A DNA stretch of 64,000 nucleotides, taken from NCBI RefSeq assembly GCF_006345805.1, contig NC_043005.1:49910001-49974000 (forward strand). Direction: 5' to 3'. A model generated the notes under the pieces. It was not told where the DNA came from. It saw only the letters and a program-made list of their open reading frames with translations, and searched no databases. Source of the stretch: Octopus sinensis (taxonomy: Eukaryota). The first letter of the stretch is position 1. Every line of letters begins with the position of its first letter. The position numbers and the translations under genes were made by a program. Positions 38,416 through 51,900 of the stretch are shown here, one piece after another.

Positions 38416-39244
38416 ATTCCCTTGTACTTCTCTGTCCCAAATATTGGGATGCAAAAATAGGGATGGATGTATGTCTTACTATTTCAGCCAGATTTTGGGC
38501 TGTGGTTCTTGAAATAAAAAAAAAAAAAAAATGATAATGCTAAATGATCTATATAGTCTGCCCTCTTCAAAGAAAATGATTTCTAGCCACACATTTGACA
38601 GGGGGCTCTTTCAGCTGTTCTTTTCAGGAGATTTGAAAACTTCCTTCAGTTTTTGGTGATACAATGATTTTTTTTTTATTTGTTCCTGTACCTTATCACC
38701 AAACAGGAGATGCCATTTTGCAAAACATTTTATTTTAATGGAAAATCTTCATGTTTTGGTATTCTGCATTATTTAAAATACTAATTAAGATGCTGTTACT
38801 ATGGGAAAAAGGTGGAAATGTTTTCTTTTGTCCAGAAGTGCATGTATGTGTTAGTGTTAACAACTTTTCTACCAGAGATTTTGAAAATGGATGCTAAAAT
38901 ATTAGTGCTTTCTTTTCCTTTATGGTTAACATTGAAATTTTGTTGTTCAATTGAAATACTGTATTTTTTATATTGTTATTTATTTTCTGTTTCAGAAATG
39001 TGTTATTTTATCTTTTATATTTTACTTGTTTCAGTTATTAGACTGTGGCCATGCTGGGGCACTGCCTTAAATGATTTTTATTGAACAAATAGAACCTAGC
39101 ACTTATTTTTTTTCATCCTGGTACATATTCTATCAGTCTCTTTTGCTGAAGCGCTAAGTTATGGAGACATAAATGCACCAATGCTGGTTGTCAAGGAGTG
39201 GTGAGGGGACAAACACAGACACAATGACACACATACATGTATAA

Positions 39245-39283
<39 letters not shown>

Positions 39284-39739
39284 GGCCTTCTTTCAGTTCT
39301 GTCTACCAAATCCACTCACAAAGTTTTGGTTGGCCCAAGGCTGTAGTAAAAGATACTTGTCCAAGGTGCCACACAGTGGGACTGAACCTGGAACTGTGTG
39401 GTTGGGAAGCAAACTTCTTACCACACAGCCATACCTGCACCTATGTGGTTAATTTTCTGTTTTCTTTTGGGGAATGTGGCTTGGAATATTTATATCTCTA
39501 TTTTATGGGGTAGGGAACAGGAAGAAAAGATAAATTTGACCTAAAAATAAAAATACAAATCATATTCTCTCTTTTGTCAACTTCTGTAGAGAGAGACTCA
39601 AAATTTTAAGTAATTATCTGTATATGAGTAGTTTTGGTAAAAAAAAACCCAACACAAAATACTTTATTTCATTGATTAAATCCTTTGCGTCAGAGAGTGT
39701 GATTCATACAGACAATCATGCCTGCTCACCATGCCTGCT

Positions 39740-40005
39740 CACAAGGAAACACTGATGATTTCATAACTGCAGAGTGTGTCAGTGTGTCATTAGCCTAGCA
39801 TGCCCAGTTCTCCATGCAGAAGATAATGACAGCAAATGACCAGCAGGAAACATCCCCTCCTCAGAAAATGGAAGTGCAAACGTTACATTCCAGTTTGCCC
39901 TGAAATGGGGCAACACAAGAGTCAGCTGGTAGTAGATGGTGGATGTGATGTAAGAATTCACCACCTCCTCCACCTCTGATGTCCCAAGGATAGTTTTCTC
40001 TTGGC
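39740..40005 (-). pseudogene. Decayed LINE apurinic-type endonuclease fragment (RTE-like)
   Basis: Across frameshifts ILGTSEV..GGGEF..TIYY..GHLLS..W..ARLMT resembles the ILGISEVRWTG.GE..TIYYSG..GVGFLL..W..S.RLMT APE motifs. Confidence 0.4.
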
Positions 40006-40009
40006 CTAT

Positions 40010-40250
40010 TTCTTATTTCTTTACTGCCCACAAGGGGCCACACACAGAGGGGACAAACAAGGACAGACAGACAGATTGAGTCGATTACATCGACCCCAGT
40101 GCATAACTGGTACTTATTTAATCGACCCCAAAATGATGAAAGGCAAAGTCGACCTCGGCGGAATTTGAACCCAGAACATAGCGACAGACGAAATACTGCT
40201 AAGCATTTCGCCCAGCATGCTAACGTTTCTGCCAGCTCGCCGCCTTATTT
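40010..40250 (-). mobile_element. Young family B SINE
   Basis: CpG-rich copy, head AAGGCGGCGAGCTGGCAGAAACGTTAGC. Confidence 0.85.
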
Positions 40251-40524
40251 CTGGGGTAGAGTAGTTATCTGGTAGTTACTTCTTACCTGTTCTTGTCCAC
40301 CTTGAGATCTAGACCTAATCAAACCACAAGCAATTTAGCCAGTTTGTCTGTCTGTCTGTCTGTCCAGTGCCCCTTGATACTGTGGGACATCAGACTTGCC
40401 TCTCTAGGAGCTGAGGTGCTGGTCTAATGTCTTCTTGTTAATTTTTACTCCTATCACTACTTCATATTCCCATAGGGCAGTGCTGATTACACCACACTAT
40501 TATGGTAATGTCATTGACATTAGG

Positions 40525-40930
40525 CATAGGAGTGGCTGTGTGGTAAGTAGCTTGCTTACAAATCAGATGGTTCCAGGTTCAGTCCCACTGCATGGCACCT
40601 TGGGCAAGTGTCTTCTATTATAGCCTCGGGTCGACCAAAGCCTTGTGAGTGGATTTGGTAGACAGAAACTGAAAGAAGCCTGTCATATATAAGTATATAT
40701 GTATGTATGTGTGTGTATATCTTTGTGTGTCTGTGTTTGTCCCCCCAACATTGCTTGACAACCAATGCTGGTGTGTTTACATTCCCGTAACTTAGTGGTT
40801 TAGCAAAAGAAACTGATAGAATAAGCACTAGGCTTACAAAGAAAAGTCCTGGCGTCGATTTGCTCGACTAAAGGTGGTGCTCCAGCATGGCTACAGTCAC
40901 GTGACTGAAACAAGTAAAAGAGTAAAGAGT
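40525..40930 (+). mobile_element. Family A SINE
   Basis: Full head-to-tail copy abutting the Tx1 fragment. Confidence 0.85.
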
Positions 40931-41385
40931 ATATACAAACACTGATCTTTTGCATCCTAATTCTAGTGAGATGCCCCTTGAAACCTTCATCTTCTGCAGT
41001 ACTACCCCTAGAGTCAGTACTTACAGAGGGGAGAGAGGGAGATTCATTGATGAATCAAAATGAATGGTTCTGACAGGTGGTTGTTTGCTCTCACCACTTA
41101 GATGTTACTGTACAATTACAGCAATCTAGCTTCTGAAGATAGGAATGAAACCAGCAGCCTCCATGACGACCATCAAATATTGATAGCCAACTCTATCAAA
41201 AGCTTTCAATTAATCTAAATTGATCAGAGCTTACCTAGCTCTTCTATGATGAACCACATGAGGTGGAGGTCGTCATGGATTGACCTGTCTGGGATGGCAC
41301 ATATTTGTGCTTCACAATGACAAATCAAAGACCAATACTTGTACCAGTACCTCTGGCTTTGTATTATTGTGGTCCGTTTTCTGTG
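40931..41385 (-). pseudogene. Tx1/L1-type LINE reverse transcriptase fragment
   Basis: EAQICAIPDRSIHDDLHLMWFIIE..KAFDRVGYQYL..EAAGF.P.FR..IA..YS....VRANNHLSEPF..LSPL, with stops and frameshifts. Confidence 0.8.
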
Positions 41386-43705
41386 AGGAGGCATGTTACA
41401 CACCATCTACATAATTCCATATGCTCTTTACTCAATTGGTGAATTGCATACTTTAGCTAAGGTTTTCTCTGTCTCCTTTTTGCAAGGGTATATTAAAGAG
41501 CTCCTCACAATTTTGAAAAACGAATGTAAATTATCTCTCTCTACTCTTTCTCCTGAATGAATTCATCAGGTAAGGAGGCACTATCTTTTGTGACATACCT
41601 TGTACATACCTTCTCTTTTTCATTGAGCTGATTATATCAAGGAGATTTTTAAGAACCACAATGTTTGTAAAAGATGAGTTGTTGTTGTTGGTGGTGATGT
41701 TTTTGTCTTTTGTCATTTAAATTTTGCTTGAGAAATTGCAACTGTAGTTATTATTACTAGATCTCTTTATTTAGTTATCATATTTCTATTTACCCTTTGT
41801 TTAAATCTGTTTTAACCTTTTCAAAAATTTGAATGTTGTATTTGTCACTACCACCATTTTGGTATGCTGTATTTGTTACTACCACCGTTTTAGCTAGCAC
41901 CTCCTCCCAGTACTCCCAAGGCAATAATATTGAACTGTTAATAAAGTCAAAATGGTTGTTTGTAAAAATATATGTATACAATAAAAATGTTTAGGGACAA
42001 ACCTTCTTTCCAAATCCACGCTAATCAGAGGGGTAGAGCTTCAAATATCCATTAACCCTTTGTTGATAAAAAAAAAATATCCTTCTCACTCCAAGAAACT
42101 ATTTTCCTCAAGTAGTCCTGGAAGAAGATATCTTTTAAGCAGAGCTCGGTGAAACATGACTGTTTAACAACAATTACCCAATATTTCCAGGTCAAAGTTT
42201 AGTGTTGATTTATTGTTTAGCTCTAGACCTGTGCTGATCAAATATGGACTCTCCTGTCAATGACAGATGACAGTTCTGCAATTTCTTGCTGAACAACCTG
42301 TACCGATGATTTGTTTATAGTAATCACATGTTTGTGTTGCACATAAGCTCACTTGCTCCATCAAATCGACATTCACTGTACAGGTGCACGGTGTACTACA
42401 TGTCAGATGTCAAAGTGATCGTAGAACAACACAAAATGAAGTGTTTTGCTGGACCTTTGAATGACAGATACAATCCATCTAGTGGGCTTCTACATAATTT
42501 GCATCTAACCAATTTTAATTATGTGGCTTGAGTCTGTTCAAATGTACAATAAAAAAAACTTGCCCCAAATTCCACAGGTTGGGATTGAACTCAGTACCTA
42601 ATGATTACAAAGCAAACTTCTAAACTCTTCAGCCATACTTGCATACACATACTAACATTAGGAATAAATATTAATTAGCACAGAAGGTGGCAAGCAGGCA
42701 GAATTGTTATCATTCTGGGCAAGATGCTTAGCAGCATTTCGTCTGTCTTTATGTTCTGAGTTCAAATTCTGCCAAGGTCGACTTTACCTATCATGCTTTC
42801 GGGGTTGATAAAATAAGTTCCAGTTGAGCACAAGTAGATTTAATTGATTTAGCCCCTCCCTCAAAATTCCTGGCCTTGTGTCAAAATTTGAAACCAAAGT
42901 TAATTAGCACATCCAACCTAACTTGGATGTGTTATTTAGAATGCCATAGACTGCAGTGAACATCCCAAAAAATCATTTTGTGTATGCAACAAATTTTAAG
43001 AAGCATCGAAATTCTGTCCTTTGATGTGCTAATTAATATTCGTTACAAAGACTTCTTCTGTTGCTAACAGCTAATTAGTTACTAAGTATCTTTTGACCAA
43101 AACACTCAACACTCAAAAGCTCAACCCACTAAACTGGAAATAGGCACTACAAGATGTGACAGTTCTCTACTGTAATTAGTGATAGTAATATACATATAGT
43201 TGGTGTGTGTTTTACTTTATAACAAGTTCAACTTTGGAAAATCATGGACTTTACTTGGCCGAGTTGCATTAGATACACTATATGACAATGTACTCATTTG
43301 ACTCAGTGGTAATAGAAGTCATCATCATCATCATCATCATATCTATAACCATGTCTCCTGTTCTTTTGTTTTTTTACTGGTTTTAGTCAATGGACTGTGG
43401 CCATGCTGGGGTACAATATTGATTGGTATTTATATATTTATGCATTTATATTTAAACATAGAAAGAATGTAAAACAAAAAACAATCTAGGTGAAATTTGA
43501 AATCAGAATGTAGTCAAATATGACAAGGAAAATTTGGTCTGACACTCTACCAGTTGTGCAATCCATCATTCATATCCTTGTTGTAATGAGTCTTATGTAA
43601 GCCTGTCTATATATGTAACTATCACAGTGTCAGTCTTTCCATCATGTTTTCCGGAAGAAACTTAGGCTGGCTCTACTCCAATCAACTCTCTGAAGTATAT
43701 GTATA

Positions 43706-43769
<64 letters not shown>

Positions 43770-44141
43770 GTTTTCTGACTGTCAAAAGTATTGTCTGCTC
43801 TACATTCTTTCACACTACCTTGCAATATTTTCCTGCCACGTGAGCTCAATGTAGGTTGGCTGGTTTCGTTGTTCAGCAAGGGAACTTCTACATAGTGTCA
43901 TTCCAAATGCACAAAAAATATTGGATGTTTATGACTGAAAAACCTTTCATCATAGATCCATTCAACCAAGGCTGATCTGGGCTATCAACCAAGTTTACTT
44001 TGACCTAACACAAAGGAGGTTCCTACAGTCATTTGATTAGCTAGAACTAGCCACCAAATTTCTGCAAATCACACTCTATTCTATTTCATTTTTGGATTTG
44101 GTTTGCAAGATTCTTTATATGAGTTCGTGTGTTGAAGCATA

Positions 44142-44420
44142 TTCTGTTGTGTCTGGGGAGGGTCATTTTCTTTTTGTACCTTATAATATAACACACTCAC
44201 CGGTAAAATTACCACTTTTTTCTTATTTTTATTTTCCTAAAATTTTCATTGCGTCTTGCAACCTTTTCATAGTTTTGACTCTCAAAACTATTGAAAAGGT
44301 TGCAAGATGCAATGAAAATTTTAGGAAAATAAAAATAAGAAAAAAAGTGGTAATTTTACCGGTGAGTGTGTTATATTATAAGGTACAAAAAGAAAATGAC
44401 TCTCCCCAGACACAACAGAA
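44142..44420. repeat. 279-bp near-perfect palindrome (~138-bp arms, 3-nt loop)
   Basis: Arms 44142-44278 and 44282-44420 differ at about 3 positions; loop CTC. Confidence 0.95.
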
Positions 44421-44565
44421 CACTCTATTCTCTTAAATAAGAAATGTCACATTGGGAAATGTCCTATGTAAACAAAAAGGTAGTGTACCATCATCAGTTT
44501 AATGTCTACTTTTCCATGCTTGTATGGGTCAGACAGAGTTTATTGAGGCAGATTGTGAAAGCTCA

Positions 44566-44600
<35 letters not shown>

Positions 44601-45961
44601 TGACTTTTCTTTGTGTTCTTTTTGAGAGTGTTCAAGCCAGTCACTAACAAAGTGACAAGACTTTTTTAGTTAAGAGAGTTCCTGGTGTTTATAAATGTTT
44701 GAATTGGCCAGTTGGTTGAACTGTTGATGCATGCAGCCAAGTGTCCACATCTATTCACATAAGGATCTCAGGTGGAGAATTTTTTGAATGTCTTGCAAAT
44801 CTTCATTCAGTGTGTGTGTGTGTGTGTGTGCCTTTGTGTTTGTGTTTGTCCCCTCACCACTGTTCAGCAATGGGTGTTGGTTTGTTTACCTTCCCATAAG
44901 TTAACAGAGGTTTGGCAAAAGAAACTGATAAAATATGTACCAGACACGCACACGCACACACACACACACACGCACACACACACACACACACATGCACATA
45001 CACACACACACATGCACACACTCACACACACACTCTCTCTCTCTCTCACACACACACACATGCACACACTCACACACACACTCTCTCTCTCTCACACACA
45101 CACTCTCTCTCTCTCACACACACACACACATCTGTATATACAATAGGCTTCTTTCAGTTTCTTATTTCTTTATTGCCCACTAGGGGCTAACCATAGAGGG
45201 GACAAACAAGGACAGACAAAGGGATTAAGTTGATTATATTGACCCCAGTGCATAACTGGTACTTAATTTATCGACCTCGAAAGGATGAAAGGCAAAGTTG
45301 ACTTCCGTAGAATTTGAACTCAGAATGTAACGGCAGACGAAATACCGCTAAGCATTTCGCCCGGTGTGCTAACATTCCTGCCAGCTTGCTGCCTTCAAAT
45401 AGGCTTCTTTCAGTTTCTGTCCATCAAATTCACTTACAAAGCTTTGGTTGGCTCAAGGCTATAAGAGAAGACACTTGCACAAGATGTCATGCAGTGGGAC
45501 TCAGGCATTTTCAATTTTCCACAATTTTTTATTTTCACTCCACCTTATTGAAGAATCTGTCTTATGGACCTTTCCTGTGGAATTCTTAGTGCATGTCCAT
45601 AGGACCAAAGCTATGACCTCTCAATGCAAAGAAGAATGCAGTTTGACACAGAAAGACTCTCTGATCTTTGAGTTATGCACCCTGTCAAGTAACATTAATT
45701 CTGAAATCCTTCAGCAGAATCCCATTTTGGCCACTTGTGTCTGTGTGTCAAAGAAAATAAAAAAAGAAAGGAAACAATCAATCAACCAATCACATTGATC
45801 TCAAAAGGCGTAGATGTGGTTGTATAGAAGCTTGCTTCCGAACTATGGTTCCAGGTTCAGTCTCAATATGTGGCACCTTGGGCAAGTGTCTTCTACTATA
45901 GTCCTGGGCTAACCAAAGCCTTGTGAATGGACTTGATAGAAAGAAACTGAAAAAAGCCTGT

Positions 45962-46041
<80 letters not shown>

Positions 46042-46243
46042 GTATATATATATATACGTATATATGTATATATATATATGTATATATTTATATATTCAAT
46101 AAAAGCAATTAAGATTCAAGTCAATTCTAATGAATTTACTTGAATGCGGTACTTAACTTAGATGCACCAGAAAACTATATGGTGTTAACCATACAGTAAT
46201 GTGGGGTTATTATAAACGAGAAAGAAGCAACAAGAATGGATTA

Positions 46244-46337
46244 GTTTTTAGTACAATTGTTTCATACAAAGACAGGCTTTATTAAAAGTTGCAAATATTG
46301 CAGCAGATAAAAGTGTCCCGTACTCATCAGCTAAAAC
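46244..46337 (-). ncRNA. Hammerhead ribozyme, inverted-repeat copy
   Basis: Reverse complement of 48681-48774 with two substitutions in the distal stem II. Confidence 0.8.
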
Positions 46338-46546
46338 ACATATGAGTTCTCCAAACATCTTAGTGGGTGAGGCTACACTCATGAAGTATTGGAGATAATT
46401 TCATTAAAAGCAGATTTAGGTTGTAAACAGACTTCCGAAGTTCTTTAATGATGATGCACAGTCTTATCACAGGTTTTTAAAAAAAGCTTATTAGCTTCAC
46501 AGAGAAGGTGAATTAATCTGTAGTGTAGATGTAAAATTCCAGAGAT

Positions 46547-47389
46547 ATGAGGAGGAACATGGGTGGAATCAGTAACCACAGAATGACTAATAATAATATT
46601 AATATTAATAGGAGTAATAATAATATTGATATTAATAGAAGTAATAATGTTAATAATAGAAGTAAGGCTAATAGAGAAAATACAGAGAGTGAAAATATCA
46701 ATGATATCTATAACAACAATATACATTCAGATAAAAATACTAGCAATAATAGTAACAATACCAATAATGTAAATAATCATGGTAGGACTTTAGACCTAAA
46801 GGATGGAGCAGAAGGATCAATAAATAATAACAATGCTTTAGATAACAGCACCAACTATAAAAAAAATAATAATAATAAAGATAATTATACTCATGATAAT
46901 CAAAATAACAGGAACATAAGACATCTATCCATGAATAATCCAACATCTGAAGTTGTTCCTCCTGCGTGTAAGTGTAGAATTAAGTCAAAATGCCCGTCAC
47001 CTGGTCTATGCGGGGTAAATAACGTAATCTATAAATGTACCATATCTACTGAGAATAACAAATTTTTTTACATTGGTTGTACGATAAATTTTAGAGATAG
47101 AGTTAGAAACCACGTCTCATCTTTTAAATTACGTCATAAAGCTGGTACCACCACACTTTCAAATAAGATCTGGGAACTCAAAAATAATAATAGGAATTAT
47201 AACCTTAAGTGGGAAATAGTTAGAAGAGCAATGCCGTATAAAAATAACAGGGTAGGTTGCCAACTCTGCTCCATGGAGACGTTTGAAATTCTAAAGCATA
47301 GAAAAAATAAGGGTTTGTTAAATAACCATATTGAATTAGGTCAAGTTTGTGTCCACGCAAAATTGAAGACTCTTAAATATTTTAAATGA
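46547..47389 (+). CDS. Penelope Asn-rich linker plus GIY-YIG endonuclease (280 aa, no RT)
   Basis: CKCRIKSKCP..LC..NVIYKCTI..FYIGCT..FRDRVRNH..F..TLSNKIWELK..KWEIV..CQLC..E..LLN..E..C.H, uninterrupted. The N-terminus starts inside the inverted-repeat junction, so the ORF is a truncation product. Confidence 0.9.
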   Translation: MRRNMGGISNHRMTNNNININRSNNNIDINRSNNVNNRSKANRENTESENINDIYNNNIHSDKNTSNNSNNTNNVNNHGRTLDLKDGAEGSINNNNALDNSTNYKKNNNNKDNYTHDNQNNRNIRHLSMNNPTSEVVPPACKCRIKSKCPSPGLCGVNNVIYKCTISTENNKFFYIGCTINFRDRVRNHVSSFKLRHKAGTTTLSNKIWELKNNNRNYNLKWEIVRRAMPYKNNRVGCQLCSMETFEILKHRKNKGLLNNHIELGQVCVHAKLKTLKYFK

Positions 47390-48680
47390 ATAACCGTATA
47401 GAATAATCGTAACAAGATAGATAGATAGATATAACTTGTTTTTTACTAGTATAGCATAACTTTAATTTTTTAAGTAGATAACTGCGAGCTCTCACACTAC
47501 AGTTATCTCTTTCTTTATAACTGCACCTGATTTTGAGCACAAGGAAACAAATAGTACTTGTACGTTGCTTAAATGAAGTTTTATTTAATTTTAAATTCAA
47601 TTTTTAATTTTTAATTTTTAATTTAATCTAATTTAGGTAACACAACTTTAATAAAATAAGTTACTAAGGCTTTGCTACTCCCTTGAAAGTAGTATGAGAA
47701 ATTTCAATATAATAGGCAATTCCCTCACACCTTGTAAACTAACTTCTAAGTATTGACCTGTAGTCTGTCAATGTATAGATAGTAACGGCAACAATTTAAG
47801 ACAGTAACAGTAATAAATAAATAAATAAATTTAAATGACCTCTTGTTAGGATTGCACTTATTTTTATTTATTTTTTTTCTCTTAATGTATTTCCTTTTGA
47901 TGATAGCCTTTGACCCCTCTATCCCTGACCTTGTTATCTCTTTCGATTCTCATATCTGCTTTCAGCTACGTCAGGTTGGCAATAAATAGCTGTTTACTGG
48001 TCAAAAATAATATTCTCCTTATAGTTCTTAGATTCCTGCAAATTCGAAGCCAGCCAGGCCGTCTACAAATTCTTCTGTGTAGTGGGTCACCTGCGACCCC
48101 TTTCACTCTCAGTTGTCACAGTATACTCTATGTGGGCATTTTTTCTTTCCTCCCTTCTTCCCCTTTTTTCTTTTTTTCTTTTTCCTTTTTCTTTTCTTCT
48201 CCCCTTTTTTCTTTTTCCTTTTCCTTTTTCTTTTTTCTTTTTCTTTTTTTCCTTTTCCTTGTCTCTTTTCTTCTCTTTCCTTTCTTTTCTTTTCTTTGCT
48301 CCACAAAAAAAAAAAAAAATTCCTTCAGCCTTTAGAAGTCATAACACAGCAGTCTTGTGAAGAGAACAGTAATGTGACAAATACCTTATCATATAGCATG
48401 AAATTATACCCACCTCATTGTGGATTAACCATGGATAAATTCATCGTCTGTGAGTATGAAATTCCTCCTCATATCTCTGAAATTTTACATCTACACTACA
48501 GATTAATTCACCTTCTCTGTGAAGCTAATAAGTTTTTTTAAAAACCTGTGATAAGACTGTGCATCATCATTAAAGAACTTCGGAAGTCTGTTTACAACCT
48601 ATATCTGCTTTTAGTGAAATTATCTCCAATACTTCATGAGTGTAGCCTCACCCACTAAGATGTTTGGAGAACTCATATGT

Positions 48681-48774
48681 GTTTTAGCTGATGAGTACGG
48701 GACACTTTTATTTGCTGCGATATTTGCAACTTTTAATAAAGCCTGTCTTTGTATGAAACAATTGTACTAAAAAC
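48681..48774 (+). ncRNA. Type I hammerhead ribozyme with long stem II
   Basis: Stem I TTTTAG/CTAAAA, core CTGATGA, stem II GTAC..GTAT with an extended hairpin, GAAA, palindromic stem III ACAATTGT, GUA cleavage triplet (A48766). Confidence 0.82.
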
Positions 48775-48829
48775 TAATCCATTCTTGTTGCTTCTTTCTC
48801 GTGTATATATATATATATATATATGTATG

Positions 48830-48900
<71 letters not shown>

Positions 48901-51900
48901 TATATATATATATACATATAGATATATACATATATATATGTATGTTTGTTCTTGTGTGTGTGTCTGTGTTTGTCCCCCCCCCACCATTGCTTGACAACCG
49001 ATGCTGGTGTGTTTATGTCCCCGTAACTTAGTGGTTTGGCAAAAGAGATCAATAGAATATGTGATAGGCTTACAAAGAATTCTTACAAAGATTTCTTCAA
49101 CTAAAGCCCTTTAAGACAGTGCTCCAGCATGGCCACAGTCAACGACTGAAACAGGTAAAAAAGAAAGAATAATAGTCTTGGAAAATCTGTAAAGTCTCTC
49201 AGAATAATCCCTTATCGAAATCAGCCTAATCAAACGGAAATAATGTGATATAGCACTTCTATTCCAAAATATGGGCCTACCTACTTAACCAGCAGGGTGG
49301 CAACATTCAAAATCAACAACAATGCAAGGAAGTGCATTGTGACCAGTGGTGTGTAACAACATCCAAGAGCGTAATTGATACAGTGGTACAGTGATTCTGT
49401 CCAACAGTACAAACTAGTTCAAGCCATGTATAACATCTTGTTATATCAGCTATCCATAGTAATTCTGGTTCCACCATAACCGACAGACAGAGTTATTTAA
49501 TAAATTTTTTATCCTTGGTTTATCTTGTGTCTTAAAAATAAAATTACAACTTAGATCAATGGTTCTCAATCTTTTTTTTTTTTTTTTTTTTTACTTCAGA
49601 GCACACAGGAGATCAAATAAAAACAGTTACTGGCACACTTGGCATGTAAAGTTAATTACTAACTCACTCTGCATGGAAAGTTAAAAATAAAAAGTGCCAA
49701 AAATATAAACCGTGTTTTAAATATCAAAACTTAGAGAGGAAAAAAAAAAAAAAGAAAAATTATGAAAATTCTTGGTTATCTTGTTTTACTAATCATGAAT
49801 AATGTTTTTCAAAGATACTCAAGCATTAGTATGAATTTTCTAAAATCAGGAATCAGTACACTGTAATCAGCTGTCACTGTGAGTGAGTATGGCTTGGTAA
49901 CATGTTCTATGCTTTTACTGATTGTTTAAAGTGTCTGTGTAATAACAAGCAGGCACTAATGCTCTCTCAGCTCCTTAATCTAGCTGCAGGCGTAGGGTGT
50001 GACAGCTAGAGGGAGAAAGGGCAGCACCACCAACAGCCAATTCGTATTCATTACAGCTGAATAAATTGGAACAATGTGAAATGAAGTGCATTGCTCAAGA
50101 ACACAACACACTGCTGCTTACTTCAGGAATTGAACCTGCAACCTTATAATCATGAGCTAAGCATCCTAACCACTAGGCCATGTGCCTGCACTAAAGCCTT
50201 GAAATGTATTTCTGAAAATCAGCAAAGAACCTAAATATCCCCTGTAACACACTGGTGCACTGTGATGCACCTTTTGAGAATCTAGATACTGACCCAGACA
50301 CTTCTGGGAAATTTATATTTAAATCTTTGACATTCCACACAAATAGCACTTGTGCTGGGGCCGTGTAAAAAGATTGTGCCCATTCTGGGGCAATGCCTTG
50401 CAGAACTTTAATTGAATGAACTGACCCCAATACTTATTTTTTAAAGTCAGGTACTAATTCTATCGAGCTCTTTTGCCAAACTGCTAAGTGATGGGTACAT
50501 AAGACACCAATACTGGTTGTCAAGTGGTGGTGGTGGTGGTGGTGGTGGGGGGGACAAACACATACACAAAAACACACATGTACAAAAACGCACGTACATA
50601 TATACAATGGGCTTCTTTCAGTTCCTGTCTACCAAATCCACTCACAAGGTTTTGGTTGACCTTGGGCTATAGTAGAAGACATTTTACCCAAGGTGTCACG
50701 TAGTGGGACTGAACCTGAAAAGCATGTAGTTGGGAAGCAAATTCTTACCACAGAGCCTTTCAAGTAAAGATAACATAAAAAGCATGTAGTCTCTTAAACC
50801 TCTCATAATATGCATCACACTTATTCAAGAGTACAAATACATAATGTAAGATCAGTGGGTGCTGATGTACTTAAATTAGTGAACAAAGGATGGTTTAAGT
50901 TAATTTACACCCTCAGTTGAAGAAAAAGAACTATTAATTTAATGAGTAGTTCAGGTAAAATATAGATAAGGGAGACAACTCTGAAATTTTAATTTACTGA
51001 AATTTAATGAATTGCAATATATTTCACTCATGGTAAGGAGAAAAGAATTATTAGCTTAATGATTTGTGGTCAAGAATGGCACGAGAGACAATCCCAAACT
51101 GAAAACTAGAAATTAAAATTAATTAGAAATAGTATGCAGACAATGGAATAATGAATGCGTCTGGTGTTGGCAATACAAAAATACAACTGTATATCCAACA
51201 GAATGGCTACAATGCCTGTTTTCTCAGTAAATGTCAGCTAGAAATAAATGAGTTGGTTTATTGTATAATGAATGTGATATAAATGACAATCACCTACACC
51301 AACAATGCCGTAGTGATTTCAAAATCTTTTCTGCTGAGATAGAAGTAGTAAATACTCTAATTAGATTGCTTAAAGAAAAAAAAAAAAAAAAGAAAAACCA
51401 CACACAAGGGAATGCAAGTTCAAATTACATTTTGTCGTTGTCTTGGTTATTTATAATGTAATAAACACGTAGAGCAACTGCAAGCATATGAAGTATATCG
51501 GAGAACAGAGAATCCTGATTTTGTTAGCCATTTCAATTTGAAATTCTCAGTGTTATCTTTATTGATTTTTTTTTTATTTGTTACCGAGAAGGGAGAAGGA
51601 TTCTATCCTTAGCTCTTTTTAGGGACATTTTTTTTTTTTTTGGTGTGAAAAAGAGATGAACTTGTCATGGCCTGTTGGTTGCTGGTCTAATCTCTGGTGT
51701 TGACTAGTTGAGTTGATGAATGAAAATGTGTGTCATGAGCTGCATATAGAAGTAACTTAACAACACCTGCGAACATTTAACAGATTTTATTATCACACAT
51801 AAAACAAAATGTATTGGCTTTTTACAGATAGCAACAGCAATAATTACATTTTGGGAGCGAGATACTGCTTGGAGTTTACAACAAGCTATTAAACATGACA

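Larger units (their letters stand above)
46090..48802 (+). mobile_element. 5'-truncated Penelope-like element with inverted terminal repeats (pLTR-like), flanked by (TA)n
   Basis: GIY-YIG ORF inside; IR arms 46216-46557 and 48462-48802; HHR in each arm; (TA)n on both sides. Confidence 0.85.

Noticed and set aside
46170-46215. TIWC*PYSNV resembling the Penelope WFNPPYS motif
   Set aside because: It lies outside the ORF, upstream of the inverted arm, and contains a stop; more likely chance within the inverted 3' tail.
47910-48541. Two Phe/Ser-rich ORFs inside the Penelope element
   Set aside because: Dominated by a polypyrimidine tract; no recognisable domain.
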